From contig CAZLER010000006.1 in the NCBI GenBank assembly GCA_964558595.1, forward strand, positions 3,892 through 67,891: DNA of 64,000 nucleotides. The letters are read 5' to 3'. Source of the DNA: an uncultured Thermotogae bacterium. Lineage in GTDB: Bacteria > Bipolaricaulota > Bipolaricaulia > UBA7950 > UBA9294. Under the pieces are notes generated by a model. It did no database searches, had not been told where the DNA came from, and saw nothing but the letters and a program-made list of their open reading frames with translations. A program made the position numbers and the translations under genes. Below, piece by piece: positions 9,424 to 18,547 of this stretch. Position 1 is the first letter of the stretch; each line of letters starts with the position of its first letter.

Positions 9424-9708
9424 ATGTGTCTTGCCGCCCCTGCGCGTGTGATCTCGATCTCCGATCGGACCGCGACCGTCGACTACGGCGGTGTCGAGAC
9501 GACCTGCCGCCTCGACACGTTGACCGAAGACGTCGCGGTGGGCGACTACGTGTTGATCCACACCGGTTTCGCCATCCGGAGGCTCTCTCCTGAGGACGGT
9601 GAGGAGACATTGCGCCTGTTCGACGAGCTCGCTGCATCGCTCGCCGAGCGGGACGACCCGCCCCCGGGGACCGCCCCACCGAAGGGGAAATCCCGGTCCG
9701 ATCGATGA
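9424..9708 (+). CDS. hypC: hydrogenase maturation factor HypC/HybG
   Basis: Starts MCLAAP (conserved N-terminal Cys2). About 94 aa. A TATACT -10-like box lies 10 nt upstream of the ATG. Confidence 0.8.
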   Translation: MCLAAPARVISISDRTATVDYGGVETTCRLDTLTEDVAVGDYVLIHTGFAIRRLSPEDGEETLRLFDELAASLAERDDPPPGTAPPKGKSRSDR

Positions 9709-10790
9709 CCAGCCCGTTTCGTTTTTCCGATCCGAAACGAGGAAAGGCGCTGGCTGACGCCATCCGCATCCTCTCCCCACCTGATCCGTTCAAGATCGTC
9801 CATGTGTGCGGTACCCACGAAATGGCGATCACCCGCAACGGACTGCGTCGGTTCCTACCGGAGACGGTCTCGCTGCTGGAAGGACCCGGGTGTCCGGTCT
9901 GCGTGACCCCGGCCCACGACATCGACACCGCGATCGCCATCGCTCGTGCCGGTGCCGTGGTCTGCACCTTCGGCGACATGATCCGTGTACCGGGCACCGA
10001 CGGCTCGCTCGACGACGCCCGCTCCGAGGGAGGCGACATCCGCACCGTCCTCTCCGCCGCCGATGCCGTGGAGATCGCCCGTGCGACACACCGCGAGGTC
10101 GTCTTCTTCGCCGTCGGATTCGAGACGACGGCCCCGATGACGGCTGCCATCCTCCTGGAGGATCCGCCGCAGAACCTCTCGGTGCTCGCCTCCCACAAGC
10201 TGATCCCCCCCGCGTTGGTGACGCTCCTCGACTTGCCGAACCATCGGATCGGCGCGTATCTTGCTCCCGGTCATGTCTCCACGATCATCGGGACGATCCC
10301 CTACGAGCGAGCGCTTGCCGGCCGCCATGTGCCCGTCGTGGTCGGCGGGTTCGAGCCCCTCGACATCCTGTACGCCGTCGCCTTGATCCTTCGCCAACAC
10401 CGCGACAAAGCGCCGAGGATCGAGAACGGCTACCCGCGCGCCGTCGATCGCGACGCCAATCCGGCGGCGACCCGACTGCTCGACGCCGTGTTCGAACCCG
10501 ACGACGCCGGATGGCGAGGGATCGGCATGATTCCGTCGTCCGGCCTGCGGCTGCGTTCTGGCTTTCGCCGGTTCGACGCGCGTCGTCGTTTCCCCATCGA
10601 GCTTCCCGAGGCCGTCGATGCCGTCCCCGGATGCCGCTGTCCCGATGTGCTTACCGCTCGTGCCGTGCCGAGCGACTGCCCGCTGTTCGCCGGTCGTTGC
10701 ACGCCACTGTCGCCGGTCGGTCCATGTATGGTCGGTGCCGAGGGGGCGTGCAGCATCTGGTTCCGCTACGGGGAGGAACGCCCGCTGTGA
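9705..10790 (+). CDS. hypD: hydrogenase formation protein HypD
   Basis: CGTHE, GPGCPVC and the C-terminal CPVC-like Cys motifs of HypD. Overlaps the hypC stop. Confidence 0.85.
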   Translation: MTSPFRFSDPKRGKALADAIRILSPPDPFKIVHVCGTHEMAITRNGLRRFLPETVSLLEGPGCPVCVTPAHDIDTAIAIARAGAVVCTFGDMIRVPGTDGSLDDARSEGGDIRTVLSAADAVEIARATHREVVFFAVGFETTAPMTAAILLEDPPQNLSVLASHKLIPPALVTLLDLPNHRIGAYLAPGHVSTIIGTIPYERALAGRHVPVVVGGFEPLDILYAVALILRQHRDKAPRIENGYPRAVDRDANPAATRLLDAVFEPDDAGWRGIGMIPSSGLRLRSGFRRFDARRRFPIELPEAVDAVPGCRCPDVLTARAVPSDCPLFAGRCTPLSPVGPCMVGAEGACSIWFRYGEERPL

Positions 10791-11827
10791 GCGTTCGCCG
10801 AGACGAGGAGCGGATCACCCAACTGCACGGCGCGGGCGGCGAGCTCATGGGGACGCTGCTCGAACGTCTGATCCTCCCCCGACTCGGAGGGGGTGGCGGC
10901 CGGATCGGGCTTGAGGCCCTCGACGACGGAGCCACCGTCGTCCTTCCCGAAGCTGACGGTGGAGAGCTGGTGATGACCACCGACAGTCACGTGGTTCAGC
11001 CCATCTTCTTTCCCGGCGGAGACATCGGGAGGCTGGCGGCAGCGGGCACAATCAACGATCTGGCGGTGATGGGAGCCCGCCCGGTGGCGATGTCGCTGGC
11101 AGCGATCCTCGAAGAGGGGTTCCCGATCTCGGATCTGGAGCGGATCGTCGACTCGTTTGCCCGCACGCTGGCCGAGGTCGGCGTGCCGGTGGTGTGCGGT
11201 GACACCAAGGTGATGCCGGCCGGAGACGTCGATGGGGTGGTGCTCAACACCACCGGCCTGGGGTTCGCCAGCCGCGCCGTGTCCGACGCGGCGTTCCACC
11301 CCGGCGATCGTGTGCTGCTCACCGGGACGATCGGCGACCACGGGATGGCGCTGCTCGCCGCCCGGGAGGAATTCAAGCTCTCCACCCAGCTGCGAAGCGA
11401 TGTGGCGCCGATCTGGCCCATGATCGCCTCCCTTCTTTCCGGGGTTGGCGGCGAGATCCGGGCGATGAAAGACCCGACGCGCGGCGGGTTGGCCGCTGCG
11501 TTGAACGAGATGGCACGCAAGTCGGGCACCTGCATCGAGGTGAACAGCGCCGCGATCCCGATCCGGGACGCGGTCCACGGACTGGCGGAGGTCCTCGGGA
11601 TCTCTCCGCTGGAGGTCGCCAACGAGGGCAAAGCGATTGTTGTCGTGGCGGCCGACGCCGCCGAGGAGGCGCTTGCCATTCTCCGGAAGCATCCGCTCGG
11701 TGCCGACGCGGCGCTCGTCGGGAACGTCACTGACGAACACCCTCGCCGGGTGGTTCTCGCGACCGAGGTCGGAGGCCGCCGGTTCCTCGACATGCCGATA
11801 GGCGATCCGGTGCCGCGGATCTGCTGA
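10787..11827 (+). CDS. hypE: carbamoyl dehydratase HypE
   Basis: GTG start overlapping the hypD stop (GTGA). AIR-synthase-related PurM-like fold motifs and the conserved C-terminal PRIC. Confidence 0.85.
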   Translation: MSVRRDEERITQLHGAGGELMGTLLERLILPRLGGGGGRIGLEALDDGATVVLPEADGGELVMTTDSHVVQPIFFPGGDIGRLAAAGTINDLAVMGARPVAMSLAAILEEGFPISDLERIVDSFARTLAEVGVPVVCGDTKVMPAGDVDGVVLNTTGLGFASRAVSDAAFHPGDRVLLTGTIGDHGMALLAAREEFKLSTQLRSDVAPIWPMIASLLSGVGGEIRAMKDPTRGGLAAALNEMARKSGTCIEVNSAAIPIRDAVHGLAEVLGISPLEVANEGKAIVVVAADAAEEALAILRKHPLGADAALVGNVTDEHPRRVVLATEVGGRRFLDMPIGDPVPRIC

Positions 11828-12081
11828 GGCGCTCAAGGACGCAGAGGGACGCCGAGGGTGAACCCCACAATCACCGGACGCGGCCCGCGATGCGCCCACC
11901 GGACCCATACCACAGGGGCTTCCTGTTACCCCTGCCTTCCGGACACTGCACGGGGTCACGCTCTTCCTGGCTGCCTTCCTCTGCGACCTCTGCGGTACTC
12001 TCGTGCGGGTGCGGCCATCGCTCGATTCGTCCGATGCAATGGGGTAACGTGCGGTCGCGTGGCCTGTCGAGGAGGTGTGGG

Positions 12082-13359
12082 ATGACGAAAGACGAACGAC
12101 GGTTCACGGCGATTGTGGGGGCCACGTTGATCGACGGGACGGGAGCGGAGCCGCTCGCCGACGTCGCAGTCCTCATCGAAGGCGACGTCGTCGCCGCCAT
12201 CGGATCGCCGAACTCAATTCCGCCGGGGGTCGAGATCGTCGACGGCTCGGGACGGTTCCTTCTGCCCGGAATGATCGACGCGCATGTGCACGTCGCCGCC
12301 CCCGATTTCGTCACCGTGCCTCCCAAAGGCGACCCCACCGCCTACGCCACGGCGATCGCGATCCGCAACCTGCGCAGTGCGTTGCAGGCCGGCGTGACCA
12401 CGGTGCGCGACGTGTGCGGACCACGGATCAACCTCGCCCTCCGGTCGGCGCAGCAGCGTCGTCAGCTTCTCGCGCCCCGGCTGTTTACCTCCGGCATGGG
12501 GATCTGCATGACCGGCGGCCACGGCTCCGGCTTTCCCGGAGCCGTGCACGAGGTGGACGGCCCCGCCGCCGTACGGCACGCCGTGCGCGTCGAACACAAG
12601 GCGGGCGTCGACCTCGTCAAGCTGCTGACCTCTCACCGCACGGACCGACCCGAGTTCACCGCAAAGGAGATCGAAGCCGGCGTCGAGGAGGCCCATCGCC
12701 TTGGCCTGCCGGTGGCGATCCATGCCGCCAACGATGTCGGAACCTCGATGGCGGTCCGAGCGGGCGTCGATACGATCGAGCACGGCAGCTTCGTCAGCGA
12801 CGACACAGCGCGGAGGATGGCGGCACAGCGCACCGTCTTGGTGCCGACGCTGTGGGTGAAGCACGACATGGCGGCACGGTTGACCGCCTACGAGGACACC
12901 CCGGAGCGCTATTCGTGGGGGGATGCCATCGATCTGGCGGAAAGCGCAGCGTGGTTTCGCCGTTGCGTCGACCGACTCCCGGAGACGATCCGCCAAGCGC
13001 GCCGCCACGGCATTCCGCTGGCCGTCGGGACGGACTTCGTGCTCGCCGACCGGCCGTGGTGTCTGGTGCCGGAGGAAGCGGCATGGCTCGTCAAGCTCGG
13101 CCTGTCCCCGATGGAGGCGATCGTCGCAGCAACGCAAGGCGGGGCGGCCGCCCTCGGGATGGCCGACCGCCTCGGGACCATCGAGGTCGGCAAACGCGCC
13201 GATCTGATCCTTCTCGATCGCGACCCGCTGGAGGACATCGCCTCGCTTGAGACGGTGTCCTGGGTGATGCAGGACGGCGCCGTCATCCCCCGCAGTCCCG
13301 AGTGGAACCGTCAGACGATCGGCGCTCCGATCGACCTCCGAGGGAGTCCGAAGACGTAG
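12082..13359 (+). CDS. amidohydrolase-family metal-dependent hydrolase (imidazolonepropionase/dihydroorotase-like superfamily)
   Basis: GGAGG RBS. Amidohydrolase metal-binding motifs (DAHVHV near the N-terminus, a His pair later, and a downstream Asp). Confidence 0.7.
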   Translation: MTKDERRFTAIVGATLIDGTGAEPLADVAVLIEGDVVAAIGSPNSIPPGVEIVDGSGRFLLPGMIDAHVHVAAPDFVTVPPKGDPTAYATAIAIRNLRSALQAGVTTVRDVCGPRINLALRSAQQRRQLLAPRLFTSGMGICMTGGHGSGFPGAVHEVDGPAAVRHAVRVEHKAGVDLVKLLTSHRTDRPEFTAKEIEAGVEEAHRLGLPVAIHAANDVGTSMAVRAGVDTIEHGSFVSDDTARRMAAQRTVLVPTLWVKHDMAARLTAYEDTPERYSWGDAIDLAESAAWFRRCVDRLPETIRQARRHGIPLAVGTDFVLADRPWCLVPEEAAWLVKLGLSPMEAIVAATQGGAAALGMADRLGTIEVGKRADLILLDRDPLEDIASLETVSWVMQDGAVIPRSPEWNRQTIGAPIDLRGSPKT

Positions 13360-13379
13360 GCCGTGCCGTTTCGAGGCGG

Positions 13380-14228
13380 CTACCGCGTGAGCCAACCGCG
13401 ACGATCCGCGAGAATCCGTCCGCCGGATTGGCAATGGGGACAGTAGTACGTCTGGGTCTGAGCGTAGCGGATCTCGACGATCGAGGTGCCGCAATCGGGG
13501 CATGGATGCCCGGTCCGCTGGTAGACGCGCAGGGCACCGCGTGCGTGCCCGACCACTGGATTGCCGGTCGATCTCGCCCGGATCGCATCGATCGCCTCAC
13601 GAAGCACCGCCCCCGTCGCGCGGTGCAACCTGGCGATCTCCTCGCGATCCATCGTCGACACGTACCGTATGGGGGACAGCTTGGCCGCGAACAGGATCTC
13701 ATCCGCGTAGGCGCTCCCGATCCCGGCAATCAATCGCTGGTCAGTGAGCGCCTTCTTCGCCTGCCGGCGAAGCCCCGCGAAGCTTCTCTCCAGGAACGCG
13801 ACGGTGAACCCCTCGGAGAGCGGCTCCACGCCCAGCGATGCCACCGAGGGGACGTCCTCGGGATCGCGGACAACGTACACACGCGCTCGGCGCCGGGTGG
13901 CGTTCTCGATAACGCGCAGCTCCTCTTGATCACCGAACCGGATCACGAAGCCGGTGGCCTTGGTGATCTTGGCGTCGGTCCGGCTCCACACCAGGCGCCC
14001 AGCGACCCTCAGATGCACGACGACGTGCAGACGGTCGCTGCACGTGAGAACGAGGTGCTTTCCGCGCCGTTGGACACGGGTAAACGCCGACCCGATGAGC
14101 GCCTCGACCGGGGGATCCACCGTCTTCAGCATCCCCGGAGGGTAGGCCCGGCTCGATGTGATTGTCCGGTTCACCGCCCGTCGGGCGAGAACCTCCGTCA
14201 TGACCTCGACTTCGGGCAGCTCGGGCAT
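13380..14228 (-). CDS. mutM: formamidopyrimidine-DNA glycosylase (Fpg/Nei family)
   Basis: Canonical N-terminal MPELPEVE with catalytic Pro2/Glu3. C-terminal CxxC...CxxC zinc finger (CPDCGT...CPHCQ). Confidence 0.8.
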   Translation of the reverse strand: MPELPEVEVMTEVLARRAVNRTITSSRAYPPGMLKTVDPPVEALIGSAFTRVQRRGKHLVLTCSDRLHVVVHLRVAGRLVWSRTDAKITKATGFVIRFGDQEELRVIENATRRRARVYVVRDPEDVPSVASLGVEPLSEGFTVAFLERSFAGLRRQAKKALTDQRLIAGIGSAYADEILFAAKLSPIRYVSTMDREEIARLHRATGAVLREAIDAIRARSTGNPVVGHARGALRVYQRTGHPCPDCGTSIVEIRYAQTQTYYCPHCQSGGRILADRRGWLTR

Positions 14229-14387
14229 CCCCCACCTCCGCGTCGATTATAGTCGACACGAACCGTTCGACCCGACCGAGCAGGTGCCCGACGTCCTATT
14301 GCCACGCCACCTCCATCCTTTGCCTCCGTATCGTCCGAGGGGAGACTGGCACCAACCCACTGGCACCAACCCTAGGAGGAGATCGAC

Positions 14388-14840
14388 ATGCCCCATCGAC
14401 GGAAAGCGATTCTCGCCAGGCTCATCGTGTTCGCCGCGCTCTGCCTGAGCGGATGCAGCTTCCTGTCGACGCCGATCGACCTCAGCGGGGGTTGGCAAGG
14501 TCACCTGGAATGGACCAGCGGCCCCGTCGGCATCCAAAGCCCGATCGCCCTCGATCTCGTCCACGACGGTCGTCACCTGTCGGGGACGATCACATTGATG
14601 GGGCCGGGCTCGACCTCATTCGATCTCCAGATCGAGGAGGGAACCGCCCGCTACCCTTCGCTGTCGCTGCGTGCTGCCGGTGTCCTCCCCATCGACCCCC
14701 CCCAGCAGGTGCTCGTCGACCTAGAGGGCGACTTCGACGCGTCCCGCATGTCGGGCACGGGAACGCAGACGGTCAACGGAACGACGTACACCCTCGTCTG
14801 GGAGGCCGTGCTCGTCGCGCCCGCGGTTCCCGAAGCGTAG
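14388..14840 (+). CDS. hypothetical lipoprotein
   Basis: AGGAGG RBS. Signal peptide followed by a LSGC lipobox. No identifiable domain. Confidence 0.5.
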   Translation: MPHRRKAILARLIVFAALCLSGCSFLSTPIDLSGGWQGHLEWTSGPVGIQSPIALDLVHDGRHLSGTITLMGPGSTSFDLQIEEGTARYPSLSLRAAGVLPIDPPQQVLVDLEGDFDASRMSGTGTQTVNGTTYTLVWEAVLVAPAVPEA

Positions 14841-14846
14841 CGCCCC

Positions 14847-16697
14847 CTACGAGTACGTCCAAATGCTGGCGTATTCGCAAGGATCTTCTCCCAGTTGGGC
14901 CAATCGATCGAGGTAGTCGCGAATCGACACATCGACGTACGGCCAGGGGGCCACCGGAACGATCCCCTTCTCCCACGGGTGGAACAGGTACACCCGCCGT
15001 CCGTCCGGTCGGATGGCGATCCACTCGCGATCCTGCTTCGCCCGCAAGTGGCTCTTCCCCAAGCCGGGCACGTTGAACACCGCCTCGTCGGTCCGGAACA
15101 TCCCCGGTAGCAAGCGCGCTTCCTCCTTGCGCTCCTGCAGAAGACGCGCGATCGGCACCAGCGCGTCGCGATGCTCTTCCTTTCCCTTGGCGTAGAAGGT
15201 GTAGTAGGGATCGATCCCCACCCGTCGCAGCGCCAGCCGATTGGCCACGGTCTGGAATCGGCGGCTCGTCTCCACGGTGAACACCTGCTGGTTGTACACC
15301 GAGATACCGCGTCGGCGGAGCCGATCGACCGCGCCGGCCAACGCCGGGGTCACCTCATAGACGCTTTGCACGTGCGTCACGAGCGCCAGATTCCGACGGC
15401 CAGGTGCCACGTAGGCGGCCAGCCGGTCCGCGAGGTCGCGCGTAATCCGCATCGGCATCGTCACCGGCACCCGGGTGCCGATGCGTACGCTTACGATGTG
15501 CGCCATCCCGCCCAGCCGACGCAGCACATGCTCGATCGTCTCGTCGGGAAGGGCCAGCGGATCGCCCCCGGTCAGCAGCACGTCGGTGATCGCATCGTGG
15601 TGCTCGAACCAGTCCAACGCCGGTTCGAGATCGTCTGCCGTCGGCAGGCGGTCGAACCTCATCGCATCGGAGAGCTCCCAATTCCGCTGGCAATAGGTGC
15701 AGATCTGCGGGCAGGTGTCGCACAGCTTGAGCACCGCGACAGCGGGATACCGACGGGTGATCCGATCGGCCGGCGAGGTATCGCGCTCCCGCATGAAGTC
15801 GAACGCTCGCCTCCGATCGCCCCGATGCTCGACCATCCTGCGCACCGTGTGCACGGAGGGGATCACCTGAGCACGGACCTGCCCGTCTTCTGCCCGGTCG
15901 GAGGATCGAACATCGAACAGCGATAGGTAGTACGGCGTGATGCCCCACGGAATCCCGTATTGAACCGCGAGTCCCACAGCGGCGAGCTCCTCGGAGCGAA
16001 GCGGCACCAGCTCGGCGAGCCGTCGCGCACCCCGCTCCCCTTTCAGCACGTTCTCCGCCTGCCACGAGGGATCCTCCCAATCGCTGTCCACGGCACCCAT
16101 CACGTCGAGGATCCTTCTTCGGTTCGCCGTTCGCCGTCGCACCACCTCCCGGTCCAGCCCACAGGGGAACGCTGCGACGCGTCGCCACATCGCATCAGCC
16201 AACCCGTCCAGTCTCCGGGAGCGCTCGGTCGCTGCCCGGCGGCCCACCCGAGGGAACAGCTCGTCCATCTCGGTGCCCTCGTCGGGCACCTCCTGTCCGG
16301 ACCACCCCGCCACCAGCCCCGATCGGCCGTGGATCGCGCGGAAGAGGTGGTGCAGTTCGTCGACGAACCCCACCGTGACCTCCTCGCCATCCCGCCCGCG
16401 GGCCCGTCGCCACAGCTCCCGCACCGTGCTCACACCGGCGATTGCCTCGTTCTCAGGCGACACGATCCCCTTGAAGGAGGCGACGGCGTCGAGGGCGACG
16501 GCGCGCTCGATCCTCCCCAGATTGAATCCCCCTGCCCGCAGTGCCTCCTCCAGTTCGACGAGGTAGTCGAGAAGGCGGTGCCGCCCCTCCTCTACCGTCT
16601 GGCTCTCCTCGAGCAGCGAACGGATCATCGGCGCTTCCCGCCATAGACGTTCGATCCCGCCTTGCACGTCGATCTTCCAGCGGCGATGGTCGGTCAA
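14847..16697 (-). CDS. KamA-family radical SAM protein (lysine/glutamate 2,3-aminomutase-like) with long N-terminal extension; start codon uncertain
   Basis: Radical SAM CxxxCxxC motif (CPQICTYCQR). KamA-type C-terminal region (PGLGKSHL). The first ~230 aa have no counterpart in canonical KamA/EpmB. Confidence 0.65.
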   Translation of the reverse strand: MTDHRRWKIDVQGGIERLWREAPMIRSLLEESQTVEEGRHRLLDYLVELEEALRAGGFNLGRIERAVALDAVASFKGIVSPENEAIAGVSTVRELWRRARGRDGEEVTVGFVDELHHLFRAIHGRSGLVAGWSGQEVPDEGTEMDELFPRVGRRAATERSRRLDGLADAMWRRVAAFPCGLDREVVRRRTANRRRILDVMGAVDSDWEDPSWQAENVLKGERGARRLAELVPLRSEELAAVGLAVQYGIPWGITPYYLSLFDVRSSDRAEDGQVRAQVIPSVHTVRRMVEHRGDRRRAFDFMRERDTSPADRITRRYPAVAVLKLCDTCPQICTYCQRNWELSDAMRFDRLPTADDLEPALDWFEHHDAITDVLLTGGDPLALPDETIEHVLRRLGGMAHIVSVRIGTRVPVTMPMRITRDLADRLAAYVAPGRRNLALVTHVQSVYEVTPALAGAVDRLRRRGISVYNQQVFTVETSRRFQTVANRLALRRVGIDPYYTFYAKGKEEHRDALVPIARLLQERKEEARLLPGMFRTDEAVFNVPGLGKSHLRAKQDREWIAIRPDGRRVYLFHPWEKGIVPVAPWPYVDVSIRDYLDRLAQLGEDPCEYASIWTYS

Positions 16698-16891
16698 GCG
16701 TCACCTCCCTTGGCACAGGCCGCAGGTCGCGGCCACCGGAGGCCGATACGGCTTCACGCCTCTCGGCCCATCCTTCGGCTCATGTTCGGGTCGGAGGCCG
16801 CCGCTGCGCTCGTCGTCTTCAGAGCTTCGCGCGGCCACGAAAACCATCGTTACCGGCGCCGGGCTACCGACGCGGTACGCACAAGGATAGC

Positions 16892-18547
16892 CTATCGGAG
16901 GGGAGGCGCGGTGCCAAATCGTCCCTGGTGGCGGTCCGCGGCCGCGGCGGCCGGATCGCGCTCGTCCTTCGGGCCGTAGCCACCACCGCCCGGCGTGCGC
17001 AGGCTGATCACCTCGCCCCGGACCACGGTCACCGAGCCTTTCGCGGGAAGGTCGATCTCCTCCTCTCCACGGAGGAGCAGGTTCTCGCCCGACCGGCCCG
17101 GTTCTCCGCCGGCGATTCCGTAGGGACGGCTTCGTCGGCGGTCGGTGAGCAGCGAGATCCGCGCCGTTTCCGACAGTAGGCGCAGGTCGCGCCGGATGCC
17201 AAGCCCACCGCGGTGTTTGCCGCACCCGCCGCTGTTCGGTCGCAGCTCATAGCGCTCGACCCGCAGGGGGTAGGCGATCTCGAGGGCCTCGACCGGCGTG
17301 TTCAACGTGTTGGTCATGTGGGAGTGGATTCCGTCCACCCCATCACCATCGCGACGGGCGCCAAAACCTCCCCCGATCGTCTCATACAGCGAGTACGGCT
17401 CCCCAGTGCGAGAATCGATCCCCCCGATCGCCACGTTGTTCATCGTGCCCTGGCAAGCAGCGATCGCCCGTTGCGGCATCAGCTGACCGATCGCTCCCAG
17501 AATGACGTCGACGATTCGCTGCGACGTCTCGAGATTCCCGCCGACCACAGGTGCGGGAGGAACGGCGTTGACCACCGAGCCCGTCGGGGCGACGATCGCG
17601 ATCGGTCGATAGCAGCCGGCGTTCGGAGGGATCTCGGGATCGGTCAGTGCGCGAACCGCGTAGTAGGTCGCCGACGCGGTGACCGCCATCACGGCGTTCA
17701 CCGGACCGCGGACCTGGGGTGAGCATCCGGCGAAATCGAACACCATCCCGTCGCCGTCGATACGGACCTCGACCCGAATCGGTATCGGCTCGTCGCATAC
17801 CCCATCGCCATCTAGCTCATCGGCAAACCCGGCCGTCCCATCCGGCATCCGGGCGATCTCGGCCCGCATCCGCCGTTCCGCGTAGTCGAGCATGGCGGAC
17901 ATGCCGTCGCGGACCCGGCCCCTACCGAACCGCGCGAGCAGCTCTTCCACTCGCTCGATCCCCGTTCGGCACGCCGCCCGCTGGGCCCGGAGGTCCCCCC
18001 ATCGTTCTCGCGGGGTTCGCACGTTGAGAAGGATCACATCGAGCAGATCTCTGTCGAGTTTCCCGCCCCGCCACAGCCTGACCGGCGGGATCCGAAGCCC
18101 CTCTTGGTAGATCTCCACCGCATCCCCCGACAGGCTTCCCGGCTCCTTCCCCCCGACATCTGCGTGGTGCGCGCGATTGGCCACGAAGGCGACGATCTCG
18201 CTTCCGTGAAACACCGGAGCCACAAACGTGACGTCGGGAAGATGGGCGCCACCTGCGTACGGGTCGTTGAGAACGACGATGTCGCCGGGCGTCATCTCAC
18301 GCACCGCAGCGACCGCCGCCGCCACCGAACTGGGCATCGCACCCAGGTGAACCGGGATCGATTCGGCCTGCGCCACCATCTGGCCCTCGGCGTCGAACAG
18401 CGCGCTCGAGCAATCCCGGCGTTCCTTGATGTTCGGGCTGAACGCCGAGCGGATCAGGTTGGCGTTCATCTCTTCGGCCACCGCCGTGAGGGCGTGGCGC
18501 AGCACTTCGAGGAAGATCGGGTCCATCGAATCCTGACCGGGGATCAT
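16892..18547 (-). CDS. hyuB: hydantoinase B / 5-oxoprolinase B subunit family
   Basis: N-terminal DPIFLEVLRHAL...AEEM block and overall HyuB family architecture. The true start may be the internal MDPIF (18526). Confidence 0.75.
   Translation of the reverse strand: MIPGQDSMDPIFLEVLRHALTAVAEEMNANLIRSAFSPNIKERRDCSSALFDAEGQMVAQAESIPVHLGAMPSSVAAAVAAVREMTPGDIVVLNDPYAGGAHLPDVTFVAPVFHGSEIVAFVANRAHHADVGGKEPGSLSGDAVEIYQEGLRIPPVRLWRGGKLDRDLLDVILLNVRTPRERWGDLRAQRAACRTGIERVEELLARFGRGRVRDGMSAMLDYAERRMRAEIARMPDGTAGFADELDGDGVCDEPIPIRVEVRIDGDGMVFDFAGCSPQVRGPVNAVMAVTASATYYAVRALTDPEIPPNAGCYRPIAIVAPTGSVVNAVPPAPVVGGNLETSQRIVDVILGAIGQLMPQRAIAACQGTMNNVAIGGIDSRTGEPYSLYETIGGGFGARRDGDGVDGIHSHMTNTLNTPVEALEIAYPLRVERYELRPNSGGCGKHRGGLGIRRDLRLLSETARISLLTDRRRSRPYGIAGGEPGRSGENLLLRGEEEIDLPAKGSVTVVRGEVISLRTPGGGGYGPKDERDPAAAAADRHQGRFGTAPPLR

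Noticed and set aside
9806-10786. Upstream 327 codons of the 673-aa ORF 9806-11827.
   Set aside because: This stretch is out of frame with, and fully overlaps, the well-supported hypD. The authentic HypE starts at the GTG at 10787 that overlaps the hypD stop. The upstream part is Arg-rich low-complexity sequence.
8185-16697. EpmA/EpmB-like EF-P modification pair (aaRS-like gene plus KamA-family radical SAM gene).
   Set aside because: The two genes are 5.7 kb apart on different transcription units. The aaRS-like motifs look AsnRS-type rather than LysRS-type. No efp gene is in the window.
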